Below, in pieces: positions 1 through 8,619 of a stretch of 64,000 nt of DNA; the stretch's first letter is position 1, and every line of letters starts with the position of its first letter. The position numbers were made by a program, and so were the translations under genes. Source of the DNA: a virus; IMG/VR virus record IMGVR_UViG_3300026097_000011, positions 64,001 to 128,000 of that record; one strand, given 5' to 3'. The notes beneath the pieces were generated by a model that saw only the letters and a list, made by a program, of their open reading frames with translations, had not been told where the DNA came from and did no database searches.

Positions 1-20
1 GTGATCTAATCTGATATCTC

Positions 21-163
21 TCATATAGTAATTGATTTTTTTAAAAGCTCATCAACGAGATCTTTTGCAAATTTTATTGAGTTATCATGGCATCCTACAT
101 AAACTGAAGTAGAGCTATTGTAATAACATCGATAAAACTGTGAATTGGTATTATAATTTGCAT
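21..163 (-). pseudogene. Frameshifted small phage gene of the 'SFxDVITNSS' type
   Basis: Reads MQIIIPIHSFIDVIT, then continues as NSSTSVYVGCHDNSIKFAKDLVDELLKKSITI* only if one A is added near 118-119; has its own promoter at 184-210. Confidence 0.55.
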
Positions 164-183
164 TGAAGTCGATTATTTTACTT

Positions 184-210
184 ATTATACCACAAGGGTA
201 GTAAAGGTTT
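184..210 (-). promoter_or_regulatory. Pre-late promoter AAAC-N16-GTATAAT
   Basis: Minus strand reads aaac-ctttactacccttgtg-gtataat; the same spaced motif recurs upstream of many minus-strand genes. Confidence 0.65.
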
Positions 211-211
211 A

Positions 212-739
212 TTATTCAATGTCTTCAATTACAATATTATTATCTTCACGATATTTAAGCTCTTGAATATAATACTTTTTATGTGGATGATCGTTTGGTA
301 CAAAATTAATTGATGCTTTTACCCAATCATCATTCATTTCACTAAGCTTAGCTTGACGATATTCACCAGTTCCATCTTTACCATATCCTGATCTTCCAAT
401 TTTATCTCTAATTTCTTCAAATGGCTTACCTTCGTCTAGGTCCACTATTTCAACTTCAGTCCATGCTGCCATGTGACATGGATTACCAAGTTCTAGGGTA
501 ACTTCATCTACTTCGTAACATAGTGAATACATTCCATCTATATGATCAAAAAATATTAACTGACCGACATTTATTGATGGAGCGGAAGGAGGTATACGAA
601 CCTCAGACGATTCTCCCTTAGATTGAGATTTATACTTATCCTCATTTTGAACATTTGACACTCTAATATAAGAGTTTCGCGGTGCATCGTATAGTTTCAT
701 AATTTGATCTTTTGGGTATTTTACTAAAAAAGTAACCAT
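212..739 (-). CDS. Hypothetical phage protein, apparent two-module fusion (likely start MKLYD near 700)
   Basis: ORF track; N-module with HIDGMYSLC...HMAAWTEV and C-module with GYGKDG...LSEMNDDW...ELKYR. Confidence 0.6.
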   Translation of the reverse strand: MVTFLVKYPKDQIMKLYDAPRNSYIRVSNVQNEDKYKSQSKGESSEVRIPPSAPSINVGQLIFFDHIDGMYSLCYEVDEVTLELGNPCHMAAWTEVEIVDLDEGKPFEEIRDKIGRSGYGKDGTGEYRQAKLSEMNDDWVKASINFVPNDHPHKKYYIQELKYREDNNIVIEDIE

Positions 740-747
740 AGTTATAG

Positions 748-755
748 ATAAATAA
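748..755 (+). promoter_or_regulatory. Late promoter ATAAATAA
   Basis: T4 late-like TAAATA core about 20 nt upstream of the ATG at 776; same spacing at other structural genes. Confidence 0.7.
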
Positions 756-775
756 TAAAAAATAATCTGGATATC

Positions 776-1006
776 ATGAAGAAAAATCCTGTAATGAATT
801 ACAATTCTTTTATGTCAGCTTTTAAAAAGGCTGAAGGAAAGTACTCGAAAAAAGCTAATATTGCCAACAAAGATGCTGGTGAAAAGAAAATTGATCAAGA
901 TTTAGCAGAAGATCAGGTTAAAGGTAAAGGAACAGCTTCAATTAGTAAATATACTAAAGAGCATTTATCTAAAACCAATAAGAAGAATATTGTTAACGAA
1001 AAATAA
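776..1006 (+). CDS. Small Lys-rich late protein, putative internal head protein
   Basis: Late promoter; N-terminal MNYNSFM motif; basic composition. Confidence 0.55.
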   Translation: MKKNPVMNYNSFMSAFKKAEGKYSKKANIANKDAGEKKIDQDLAEDQVKGKGTASISKYTKEHLSKTNKKNIVNEK

Positions 1007-1017
1007 TCAGACTACTG

Positions 1018-1308
1018 ATGGATAAAGCATTTGAAAGCTTCGACGACTTTAGACTCTTTGAAAAAGAAGGTGATCTAAAAAAATTAGTCGGTAAGGACAA
1101 AGACGAAGAATTAAGCACAAAGGATGCCAAAAAAATTGGTGTTAAAGTTGCTAATATGGAAGGACTTGACAAAAAGAAATACGTAGGTATTATCAATTTC
1201 CTAGGAGCATCATGTGATATTTACAACGCAATGTGGTCTAATTATGAACGAACGAGAGATAACAAAGAGGAAAAAGAGGGTAAAAAGAAGAAAAAGAAGA
1301 AAAAGTAA
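1018..1308 (+). CDS. Small late protein with poly-Lys tail, putative internal head protein
   Basis: N-terminal FESFDDFRLFE motif; C-terminal poly-K; followed by a terminator. Confidence 0.6.
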   Translation: MDKAFESFDDFRLFEKEGDLKKLVGKDKDEELSTKDAKKIGVKVANMEGLDKKKYVGIINFLGASCDIYNAMWSNYERTRDNKEEKEGKKKKKKKK

Positions 1309-1325
1309 TATTTAAAAACATTAGG

Positions 1326-1357
1326 AAAGTGAGATATGTTAATCATATCTCACTTTT
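1326..1357 (+). terminator. Intrinsic terminator
   Basis: AAAGTGAGATATG-ttaat-CATATCTCACTTT stem followed by T-rich tail. Confidence 0.8.
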
Positions 1358-1432
1358 GTTGTATTTAGTTGTCCGTGTTTAGTATTTAACCACAAAGAAA
1401 TCTAATTTATTGAAACTTCATAATCAGATCAA

Positions 1433-1440
1433 ATAAATAA
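1433..1440 (+). promoter_or_regulatory. Late promoter ATAAATAA
   Basis: About 20 nt upstream of the tail tube ATG. Confidence 0.7.
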
Positions 1441-1459
1441 TTAAAATAATCTATATAAA

Positions 1460-2029
1460 ATGGCTGGATTACCACATTGGGATAACGCTGAGGCTGCTAG
1501 AAATTATTATGAACCGATTTTTCAAAATCAGTTTGAAGTTATTATCACGCCACCTGCTGCTATCACTGATAACGTTGATTTGTTAGTAGAACAAATTTTA
1601 TCAATAAAAGGACTACCTGAGTTCTTCACTTCAGGAAAAACTATACAAAATTATAAATTCGCTAAGCGTGCTTATGCAGATGCGACACCAAATGATACAT
1701 TAACTCATTTGGATATTCAATTCGAAGTCAACCTTAATGAAGATAATAATATGTATGTTTATAACACATTAAGAGGATGGGCGGATTTAATATACGATCC
1801 ACTTACTGGTAGACAAGGATTAAAGAAGGATTATGTTGGAGAAATCGCAGTATTCATCTTTAATAAAGCGGGAGATATTTTTAGAGAATTTAAATTTTCA
1901 CCTGCATTCTTAGAAGAGCCATTAAACCCAATAGATTTAAACTATAACACAAACGATATCTACAGAATAAATGCTAAGTTTGTTTGTGATACGTATAGAG
2001 AGACTAGAGTTGGTCAAATTGAAATATAA
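1460..2029 (+). CDS. Tail tube protein (T4 gp19-like)
   Basis: 189 aa; YEP..QNQFEV start, LRGWADLIYDPLTG.QGLKKDY segment, and LNY...IYRINAKF end typical of myophage tube proteins. Confidence 0.8.
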   Translation: MAGLPHWDNAEAARNYYEPIFQNQFEVIITPPAAITDNVDLLVEQILSIKGLPEFFTSGKTIQNYKFAKRAYADATPNDTLTHLDIQFEVNLNEDNNMYVYNTLRGWADLIYDPLTGRQGLKKDYVGEIAVFIFNKAGDIFREFKFSPAFLEEPLNPIDLNYNTNDIYRINAKFVCDTYRETRVGQIEI

Positions 2030-2044
2030 AAAAATTATAAATTA

Positions 2045-2488
2045 ATGGAAATTTTTGATGTACATAGAAGAGACGTTTATAATTTTGATGATTATATGGA
2101 TTTGAAAAAGCCAGCATACGGTGGACCAAGCTCAGGAAAATCATTAAAGGACAATAAAGGAAATCACGTAAACAAAGATCGTAAATTAGAAGAGTATCAA
2201 AGAACGGTAAAACGCCATGATGCCTTTGGAAATCACGTATATGATCCTACATACAAAGCTATGGGAGGAGACCTAGTTCACAAACAAGACAATAAAGGTA
2301 AAAATCCTTATAATTACCCAGATTCTTATGATGAAATGGGAATTCCTGTTGTAGATGTTGGAGATTCTGGAAAGCCAAGTAAAACAAACGAAGGATTTTG
2401 CAATACTGATTTTTCTAGTTTTATATTAGAATCTGCAGCTATTGAAGAAGAAGAAGAAGAATGTGATTGTGAAAAAGAAAATGAGTAA
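2045..2488 (+). CDS. Hypothetical late protein
   Basis: ORF in the tube operon; YNFDDY and DFSSFILE motifs; acidic tail. Confidence 0.6.
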   Translation: MEIFDVHRRDVYNFDDYMDLKKPAYGGPSSGKSLKDNKGNHVNKDRKLEEYQRTVKRHDAFGNHVYDPTYKAMGGDLVHKQDNKGKNPYNYPDSYDEMGIPVVDVGDSGKPSKTNEGFCNTDFSSFILESAAIEEEEEECDCEKENE

Positions 2489-2841
2489 TGTCTAATACAA
2501 ACGAGAACATATCAAAAAATGGATGGTCAGAATACGGTAGATTAGTATTAGCAGAACTTCAACGATTGAACCAAGGACAGGATGCTATGAAAAAGGATCT
2601 TGATTCTAAATTCATAGAGCTTAATAATAAAATTTCAGCATTTAATGCTCTTGAAAAAGAAATAGAAGAATTAAATACTTGGAAAAAAGATACTCTTGAA
2701 GTATGGTCAGCATCTCAAATGAAACAGGCAAAGGATGAAATCTATAAGCAAAAAGGATATTATCAGCGTGTAACTGGAATAATTATTGCTATCCAAATAT
2801 TATTAACTCTGTTTATGGCAGTTAAAGATAAAATCTTTTAA
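2488..2841 (+). CDS. Coiled-coil protein with C-terminal transmembrane helix (holin/XhlA-like architecture)
   Basis: Heptad-rich body plus hydrophobic VTGIIIAIQILLTLFMAV. Confidence 0.55.
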   Translation: MSNTNENISKNGWSEYGRLVLAELQRLNQGQDAMKKDLDSKFIELNNKISAFNALEKEIEELNTWKKDTLEVWSASQMKQAKDEIYKQKGYYQRVTGIIIAIQILLTLFMAVKDKIF

Positions 2842-2846
2842 TATAA

Positions 2847-3272
2847 ATGGGATTAGACAGAATAATAGAATTAACTTATACGTTATCAAGAGTAGAAGAA
2901 AATCTACAAGAGGAAATGGCTATTTTATCATTTGTTCTAGATTCTATCACAGATGGATATTGGGATTGGAATATTCAAACAGGTTACGAATTTTTTAGTG
3001 AAAAGTTTAAATCTCAATTAGGATATAAAAGAATGAAACCGTCTCCTGAAAGTTGGAAACGTATATGTCACCCTGAAGATTTAGAAGAAGCAGAAAGAAA
3101 AATGGAAGAACATTTTCTAGGTAAAACTGATGAATTTAATCAAATATTAAGACTTCGCCACAAAGATGGGCACGAGGTTAAAGTTAAATCAAGTGGAAAA
3201 GTTGTTAGTTACAATGACGATGGATCTCCATTAAGAATGGTTGGAACTCATATACTTATTCCAAGCGAGTAA
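2847..3272 (+). CDS. Stand-alone PAS (PAS_3/PAC) domain protein
   Basis: DGYWDWNI, LGY, WKRICHPED, RLRHKDG, G.PLRMVGTH are hallmark PAS_3/PAC motifs. Confidence 0.85.
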   Translation: MGLDRIIELTYTLSRVEENLQEEMAILSFVLDSITDGYWDWNIQTGYEFFSEKFKSQLGYKRMKPSPESWKRICHPEDLEEAERKMEEHFLGKTDEFNQILRLRHKDGHEVKVKSSGKVVSYNDDGSPLRMVGTHILIPSE

Positions 3273-3675
3273 TTTTTAAATCACTAAGTCTGTCTAATCC
3301 TTCATTATCAAACTCCTTAGGTTCAATTAAGTTATATTCAAATTTAATAGGATAATACTCATCATTTATAAATTGCATCGCATTATCAATTAATGTAATT
3401 GATAAATTGGAATTTAAATATATGATGTTTTTATATTTCTTATTTTTAATATGAATAGCTTTATCTAAAAGCTTTTTAATTTCATAGTTAATTAGAAATG
3501 ATTGCACCTTGTTTGGAACTATAAATTTAGAATCAAATTTATCTTTTATTATCTTATTAACATTTAAAATATAATCTTCTTTGCTCTTTTTAGAATAAAC
3601 TGCAGTAAAGCTTCTAAACTCTCTGATAAAAATTATCTTTAATGTTCTTATTTCTTCTTCGCGTTCTTCAGTCAT
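3256..3675 (-). CDS. Hypothetical protein
   Basis: 139 aa ORF closing the minus-strand operon. Confidence 0.55.
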   Translation of the reverse strand: MTEEREEEIRTLKIIFIREFRSFTAVYSKKSKEDYILNVNKIIKDKFDSKFIVPNKVQSFLINYEIKKLLDKAIHIKNKKYKNIIYLNSNLSITLIDNAMQFINDEYYPIKFEYNLIEPKEFDNEGLDRLSDLKITRLE

Positions 3676-3676
3676 A

Positions 3677-4099
3677 TTAGTAAATTAATTGCTGAACATG
3701 AATTCCAGCTTCTTTTAGTATCATAAGTCCCTTTGTATCTCGATATTCTTCTTTATAGAATACTCGCTTTATCCCGGTTTGTATAATTAACTTAGAACAC
3801 TCCGTACATGGAGACAGAGTTACATATAAATTAGATCCGTATGCGTTGCCTGATGGATTCTTAGCAAGCTTAGTTATAGCATTAGCTTCTGCATGCAAAA
3901 CATACCAATTAGTATCTCCATTCACGTCTTCACAATCATTATTGAATCCACTAGGAGTTCCATTATATCCATCTGACACAATCATTTGATCTTTTACTAT
4001 TAATGCTCCAACCTTTTTACGATTACAACAAGAATTTTCTGACCACTCACTTGCCATCTTCAAATATGATATATGCTTTTTATGTTCTTTAACTGTCAT
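3677..4099 (-). CDS. cd: dCMP deaminase
   Basis: HAEANA and PCTEC zinc motifs; GYNGTPSG. Confidence 0.93.
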   Translation of the reverse strand: MTVKEHKKHISYLKMASEWSENSCCNRKKVGALIVKDQMIVSDGYNGTPSGFNNDCEDVNGDTNWYVLHAEANAITKLAKNPSGNAYGSNLYVTLSPCTECSKLIIQTGIKRVFYKEEYRDTKGLMILKEAGIHVQQLIY

Positions 4100-4349
4100 T
4101 TTTCTTAGTCATTGATGATATGAATGTCTCTATTTTAGACTTCACATCTAGTTCATTATTAGTAGTTTTAATCTTTCTACCTATTGGTAGTATACAAGCA
4201 GATACTATTATCATTCCAAGCCACTGTACGTAACTGATCTCAACTGAGAATAAATCTATTAGTAAATAATTATATACTAACGTACAAATCAATGCTAAGG
4301 CTCCTTGTCCAATCGACCATGATATTGCATTATATAGAATTAACTTCAT
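4089..4349 (-). CDS. Small membrane protein
   Basis: Two hydrophobic segments; overlaps neighbours in operon fashion. Confidence 0.55.
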   Translation of the reverse strand: MKLILYNAISWSIGQGALALICTLVYNYLLIDLFSVEISYVQWLGMIIVSACILPIGRKIKTTNNELDVKSKIETFISSMTKKNDS

Positions 4350-5211
4350 CTTTCATATTATTTTGAATCCAATTATAAACTGGGTCACTTGTTATTAATG
4401 TTGAATCGTTATAGTATTTTTCAAGTAATTTAAGATTACTTGATGGTTTGCCAATCGATGTTATTAGGTTTTCTGATAGCTTAGGAAATTCAATTGATTT
4501 CCAGTCTTTAGATATCATATCTTTTACAAGATCAAAATGTCTCTCGTATATATGATAAGAATCTACAATATGCGTATATGATCCTAATTTAAGATCTGGG
4601 TATTTAGATCTTAGGTGTTTTAACGCCTGTTGCTGAAGCACTGTAAAAAACGCTATATCAGTAGCAGTTCCTAAAATTGCGTCATTACTCCGCATGTTAA
4701 CAGTTAAAAATAATTTATTGTTTCTAATATGAAATATCCCATACATAGTACAAACAAAATCTTTGTTACTATTATATTGATGCTCTGGAAGATTAAAGTG
4801 CATGATCGCCTGTCTTGAATCTGGATCCTTTTCTAATGACTCTATTGCCCATTGATACTGAGTTGTTCCATATCTATTTTCACGATTAAATATTAGATTT
4901 CCATATGAAGAATTAACAGTTCCATCTTCATTTTGAATTTGTTTCCAAAATGAAGCATATTTGCTAATAAATTCCGCGTCGCTTCTTCCAAGAAAATACC
5001 AAAGAAGCTCTGCCGCTATATATTTATTTTGAGATCCTCTTCTTTCATTTTCATACATTGAAAGTAACGGATTTTTAATCTCGAGTGAAACTTGAAGATT
5101 TTCTTTAATCTTCATTCCTCTAGGTTGGGTCTCAAATTGAGGGTTTATATATAAATCATTTAAGCTTTGTGAATACACTTCTGCAAAACTATCTCCTGAG
5201 TAAATTATCAT
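4330..5211 (-). CDS. Thymidylate synthase-fold enzyme, dCMP hydroxymethylase-like (T4 gp42-like)
   Basis: VNSSYG, DSRQA, catalytic DFVCT, MRSND..LG..TDIAFF, H...SYHIYERH. Confidence 0.8.
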   Translation of the reverse strand: MIIYSGDSFAEVYSQSLNDLYINPQFETQPRGMKIKENLQVSLEIKNPLLSMYENERRGSQNKYIAAELLWYFLGRSDAEFISKYASFWKQIQNEDGTVNSSYGNLIFNRENRYGTTQYQWAIESLEKDPDSRQAIMHFNLPEHQYNSNKDFVCTMYGIFHIRNNKLFLTVNMRSNDAILGTATDIAFFTVLQQQALKHLRSKYPDLKLGSYTHIVDSYHIYERHFDLVKDMISKDWKSIEFPKLSENLITSIGKPSSNLKLLEKYYNDSTLITSDPVYNWIQNNMKDEVNSI

Positions 5212-5234
5212 ATATGTGTTTTGTTATTTTATAC

Positions 5235-6938
5235 TTAGCTTAGTGAAGCTGGTTCTTTAATTTCTTTAATATTAGAGGTTACTTTTATCTCTGAAAAATG
5301 ATTAGGCATAGTGACATCTATCCTTTCATCAAAAAACTCCTCTGGTAGTGATTCGTGAGATACTACGAAAATAGTCATATTGTACTTATCAGCGTACTCT
5401 CGAAGTATTTCAATTGCCATATAAACATTTCTTTTGTCTAGTCCGCTGAATATTTCGTCTAAGAACATTACGTTCATATTATTATGTTTTAATTTTATTA
5501 ATTCAATGAATGATAATAAAACTATTAGGTTCATCTTTTTCCTTTGACCAGTAGATAAACTTTCAGGGGATATATCCATTCCTAGATATCTAATATTTGG
5601 ATTAAATTCGTTATCAAATTCAAAATTAAATTTAAATTCTAATCTTGTTGAAATCTCAGTAATTCTATTGTTTAATAATGGAATTACTCGATCTATTAAT
5701 ACCCTCTTGATTCCTCTATCGGACAGTATTTCATCTAGCATTCCGAATAATTCCAAGTTGTCCTTATATTCTTTAGAATCCTCATGTGATTTTTTTATAT
5801 CTTCCTTAATAGTATCTATGATTTTATTAATAGACTCCTCCTGGCCGTCAGGTTTTTTATTATTAGTTGCATTTTGAATCTCAACCTGTAGACTCTTAAT
5901 ATTTGCGTTTATTTCATAAAACGCAGTTTTTTCAACATCTTGGTCTTTTGTTAGATCAGATACAAGCTCTTTTACCTTTTTTTGATTTCTTTCAATTTTA
6001 TCAAGAAGTTCGTTCTCTGCTTCTTTCTTTTCAATTATAGAATTTTTTATCTGAAGTGCACTATCACCTGTTAAATCACTCAAACAATGTGGACATTTAT
6101 TATTTTCAAATATTTTAAGCTTTCGATTAAATTCATTAATTTTGGCATTACTATCTGCTGCCTTTTGACTGAATTCAACTGCTTTTTTCTTAATTCCATC
6201 AATCTTTGACTTAATTTGATTGTATTTTTCCTGTCTCTCTTCTAGTGTTATTTTCTTAGATTCAATTTCAGCTTTTATTTCCTTAGATCTATCTTCAACT
6301 GCAGTATTTATCTTTTCTCTAAGCTCAGTTAGTTGAATCATTGATTTTTTAAGAAGAGTATTGTTTTTATTAATGTTATTCTCTATTATCTCAAATTGTT
6401 TCTTGTTTTCTTTTAAGTCTTCTTTGATATTAGATTTCATATCAGTTAAAAGATCTATTCCGAACATAGGATCTACTATTTTTCTTTTGTCGGCTGCACT
6501 TAAATTAACGAATGATTTAAAATCATCAAATGATAAACTAATCGTGTTGCAAAATATTGGAAAGTTTAATCCAAGTAATTCATTTTCTACAAAATCATCT
6601 ACTTTTCTCTTGTCTGGTAAATTATAAGGAACATCATTAACCTTTATTGAACTAAAATTAGGATTTATTCCTCTTTCAATTACAACCCTGTCTCCCTTTG
6701 ATGTTTCAAATTCATTATATGTATAGCAATTATTATTTCTCCAATTTGGAATGTCTTTTATTTTACGAATTGCTGATTTTCCATATGCAGAAACTGTTAA
6801 TGCTTCTTTAATTGAGCTCTTACCTGTTCCATTTTCTCCCTGTACATGAACAAGTTTAGGCTTTTTACCGAATGTATATTCCTGAACTACGTTACCATAT
6901 GATAACAAGTTCTTCCATTTCATTTTTACAAATTTCAT
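5235..6938 (-). CDS. Recombination ATPase gp46 (Rad50/SbcC-like)
   Basis: Walker A GENGTGKS, CPHC zinc hook within coiled coil, LSTGQ signature, FLDE Walker B. Confidence 0.92.
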   Translation of the reverse strand: MKFVKMKWKNLLSYGNVVQEYTFGKKPKLVHVQGENGTGKSSIKEALTVSAYGKSAIRKIKDIPNWRNNNCYTYNEFETSKGDRVVIERGINPNFSSIKVNDVPYNLPDKRKVDDFVENELLGLNFPIFCNTISLSFDDFKSFVNLSAADKRKIVDPMFGIDLLTDMKSNIKEDLKENKKQFEIIENNINKNNTLLKKSMIQLTELREKINTAVEDRSKEIKAEIESKKITLEERQEKYNQIKSKIDGIKKKAVEFSQKAADSNAKINEFNRKLKIFENNKCPHCLSDLTGDSALQIKNSIIEKKEAENELLDKIERNQKKVKELVSDLTKDQDVEKTAFYEINANIKSLQVEIQNATNNKKPDGQEESINKIIDTIKEDIKKSHEDSKEYKDNLELFGMLDEILSDRGIKRVLIDRVIPLLNNRITEISTRLEFKFNFEFDNEFNPNIRYLGMDISPESLSTGQRKKMNLIVLLSFIELIKLKHNNMNVMFLDEIFSGLDKRNVYMAIEILREYADKYNMTIFVVSHESLPEEFFDERIDVTMPNHFSEIKVTSNIKEIKEPASLS

Positions 6939-8050
6939 TATTCGTAGTAATTTTTAGAGTTCTTAATTGTGTCGTGAATTTCTTTAAACTTTGTAGATAC
7001 TTTATTTGACAAATGTGGTGGAACTTCTCTTATTTTTAAATATTCATTTAATACATCAAATATGTTGTATTCATATGAATCTTGTATAACTACTCCATCT
7101 ACTTCTGTTTCAGATGCGTATGGATAAAATTCTATTTTTCTATGACCACATTCATGTACTAAATCTACAAACTGAGTAATTGGAAAAACTTTAGCAAGTT
7201 CACTATCTATTAATATATCGACGAAGTTATTATTAAATAGTTCTTTAATTTCGACAAGTGATTTATTTAGAATATCTTCGGCATTATGTTTTACAAATTG
7301 AGGAGAGAAGGTATTTTCAATGAATGTCTCTATTACCTCGGGACCCTCCATGTTTAGTTTATAGAATCCCTTAGTATTACCATTATCTCCACGATCAAGA
7401 TGGTAGGGAGTGCCTATGTAATTCATATTATCACTTTCCTGTCTGATGTGAATATGACCTGAATATATTTTTTTAAATCCAGATAATTCTGTTTTATCTA
7501 ATCCATGTTCAAGTTTAGTCCATTTATTAAGTTGAAACTCTTTAATATCAGCATGACATAGAATATAATCAGCTGTTCCATTGAAATGTTTTACCTTTTT
7601 AGATAACTCAAATACATCATGTTCCCATGGTAACATTAAAAATTTATGTTTTCCATTAATATTTAAAAGTTCTGGGGTTTCATAAACCTTGATATTATTG
7701 AATATACGATCTGTATCTTTTAAAGAATGAACATCCGTTCTATCTTTATAATATACGTCGTGATTTCCTAGAATTATATGGACTCCTTTTTTAAATGTCT
7801 TAGAAAATATCTCAAATATATCATGTGATGCATTTGATATTCTAACATTTGTTGATTCCCTAACGTGATTCCAATCACCAGCTTGCATTAGAATGTCTCG
7901 ATCTGGGTCAAACCCATCTTCTATTATTCTTTTTAAAAACCAGTCAATTAGAAATTCTCTTTGAATTTCAAACCATTCATTAGAGTTGTTCTTAACTCCA
8001 ATATGAAGATCTCCAAGTAAATAAATATTTCTAATATTGTCTAAATTCAT
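6938..8050 (-). CDS. Recombination nuclease gp47 (Mre11/SbcD-like)
   Basis: GDLH, GD, GNHD, CH, SGHIH phosphoesterase motifs; adjacent to gp46. Confidence 0.92.
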   Translation of the reverse strand: MNLDNIRNIYLLGDLHIGVKNNSNEWFEIQREFLIDWFLKRIIEDGFDPDRDILMQAGDWNHVRESTNVRISNASHDIFEIFSKTFKKGVHIILGNHDVYYKDRTDVHSLKDTDRIFNNIKVYETPELLNINGKHKFLMLPWEHDVFELSKKVKHFNGTADYILCHADIKEFQLNKWTKLEHGLDKTELSGFKKIYSGHIHIRQESDNMNYIGTPYHLDRGDNGNTKGFYKLNMEGPEVIETFIENTFSPQFVKHNAEDILNKSLVEIKELFNNNFVDILIDSELAKVFPITQFVDLVHECGHRKIEFYPYASETEVDGVVIQDSYEYNIFDVLNEYLKIREVPPHLSNKVSTKFKEIHDTIKNSKNYYE

Positions 8051-8605
8051 TTAGTGTATTTTTCGTCTGTTCATCTTTCCTTCTAGGAATTTATATTTTT
8101 TATTCAATTCTACAATAAGTTTCTCCTGTATCTCAAAATCTAGACAATCAAATATTTTCTTATAGTCTTTGATTGCATCACTAGAATTAATATTTATAAT
8201 AGAAGATAAAGCCTCTAATATGTATATTGGATTATAGAATGTATCATCTTCTTTGTCAGTATCATTATATAACTCTTCTAATATCCTAGTAAAACACCAA
8301 TTTATTTCTTCCTTTGATAACTTAAGTTTATGATTTGCATCTATTTTATGCAATAAGCTACTTAGTTCCTTATTATTTTCAATAAGCTTAAATATCTTAT
8401 TTAATCCTATGTTATAATCTAATGTTTCCTCATAGTCATATACATCCTTTAGATAGTTATCTGCGTAATTTGAATTTACAGATATTGATTGTGTATATGC
8501 ATATTCCTCATCTCTGAATCCATCTGCTTGTTTATATCCATTATTGAATATCTTATCGTCTTTTATTTTTTGCCTTCTTAATTTTTCTCTATCATCATCT
8601 TTCAT
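8051..8605 (-). CDS. Hypothetical protein
   Basis: 184 aa ORF between helicase and gp47. Confidence 0.6.
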   Translation of the reverse strand: MKDDDREKLRRQKIKDDKIFNNGYKQADGFRDEEYAYTQSISVNSNYADNYLKDVYDYEETLDYNIGLNKIFKLIENNKELSSLLHKIDANHKLKLSKEEINWCFTRILEELYNDTDKEDDTFYNPIYILEALSSIININSSDAIKDYKKIFDCLDFEIQEKLIVELNKKYKFLEGKMNRRKIH

Positions 8606-8619
8606 GTTTAATGATTATT

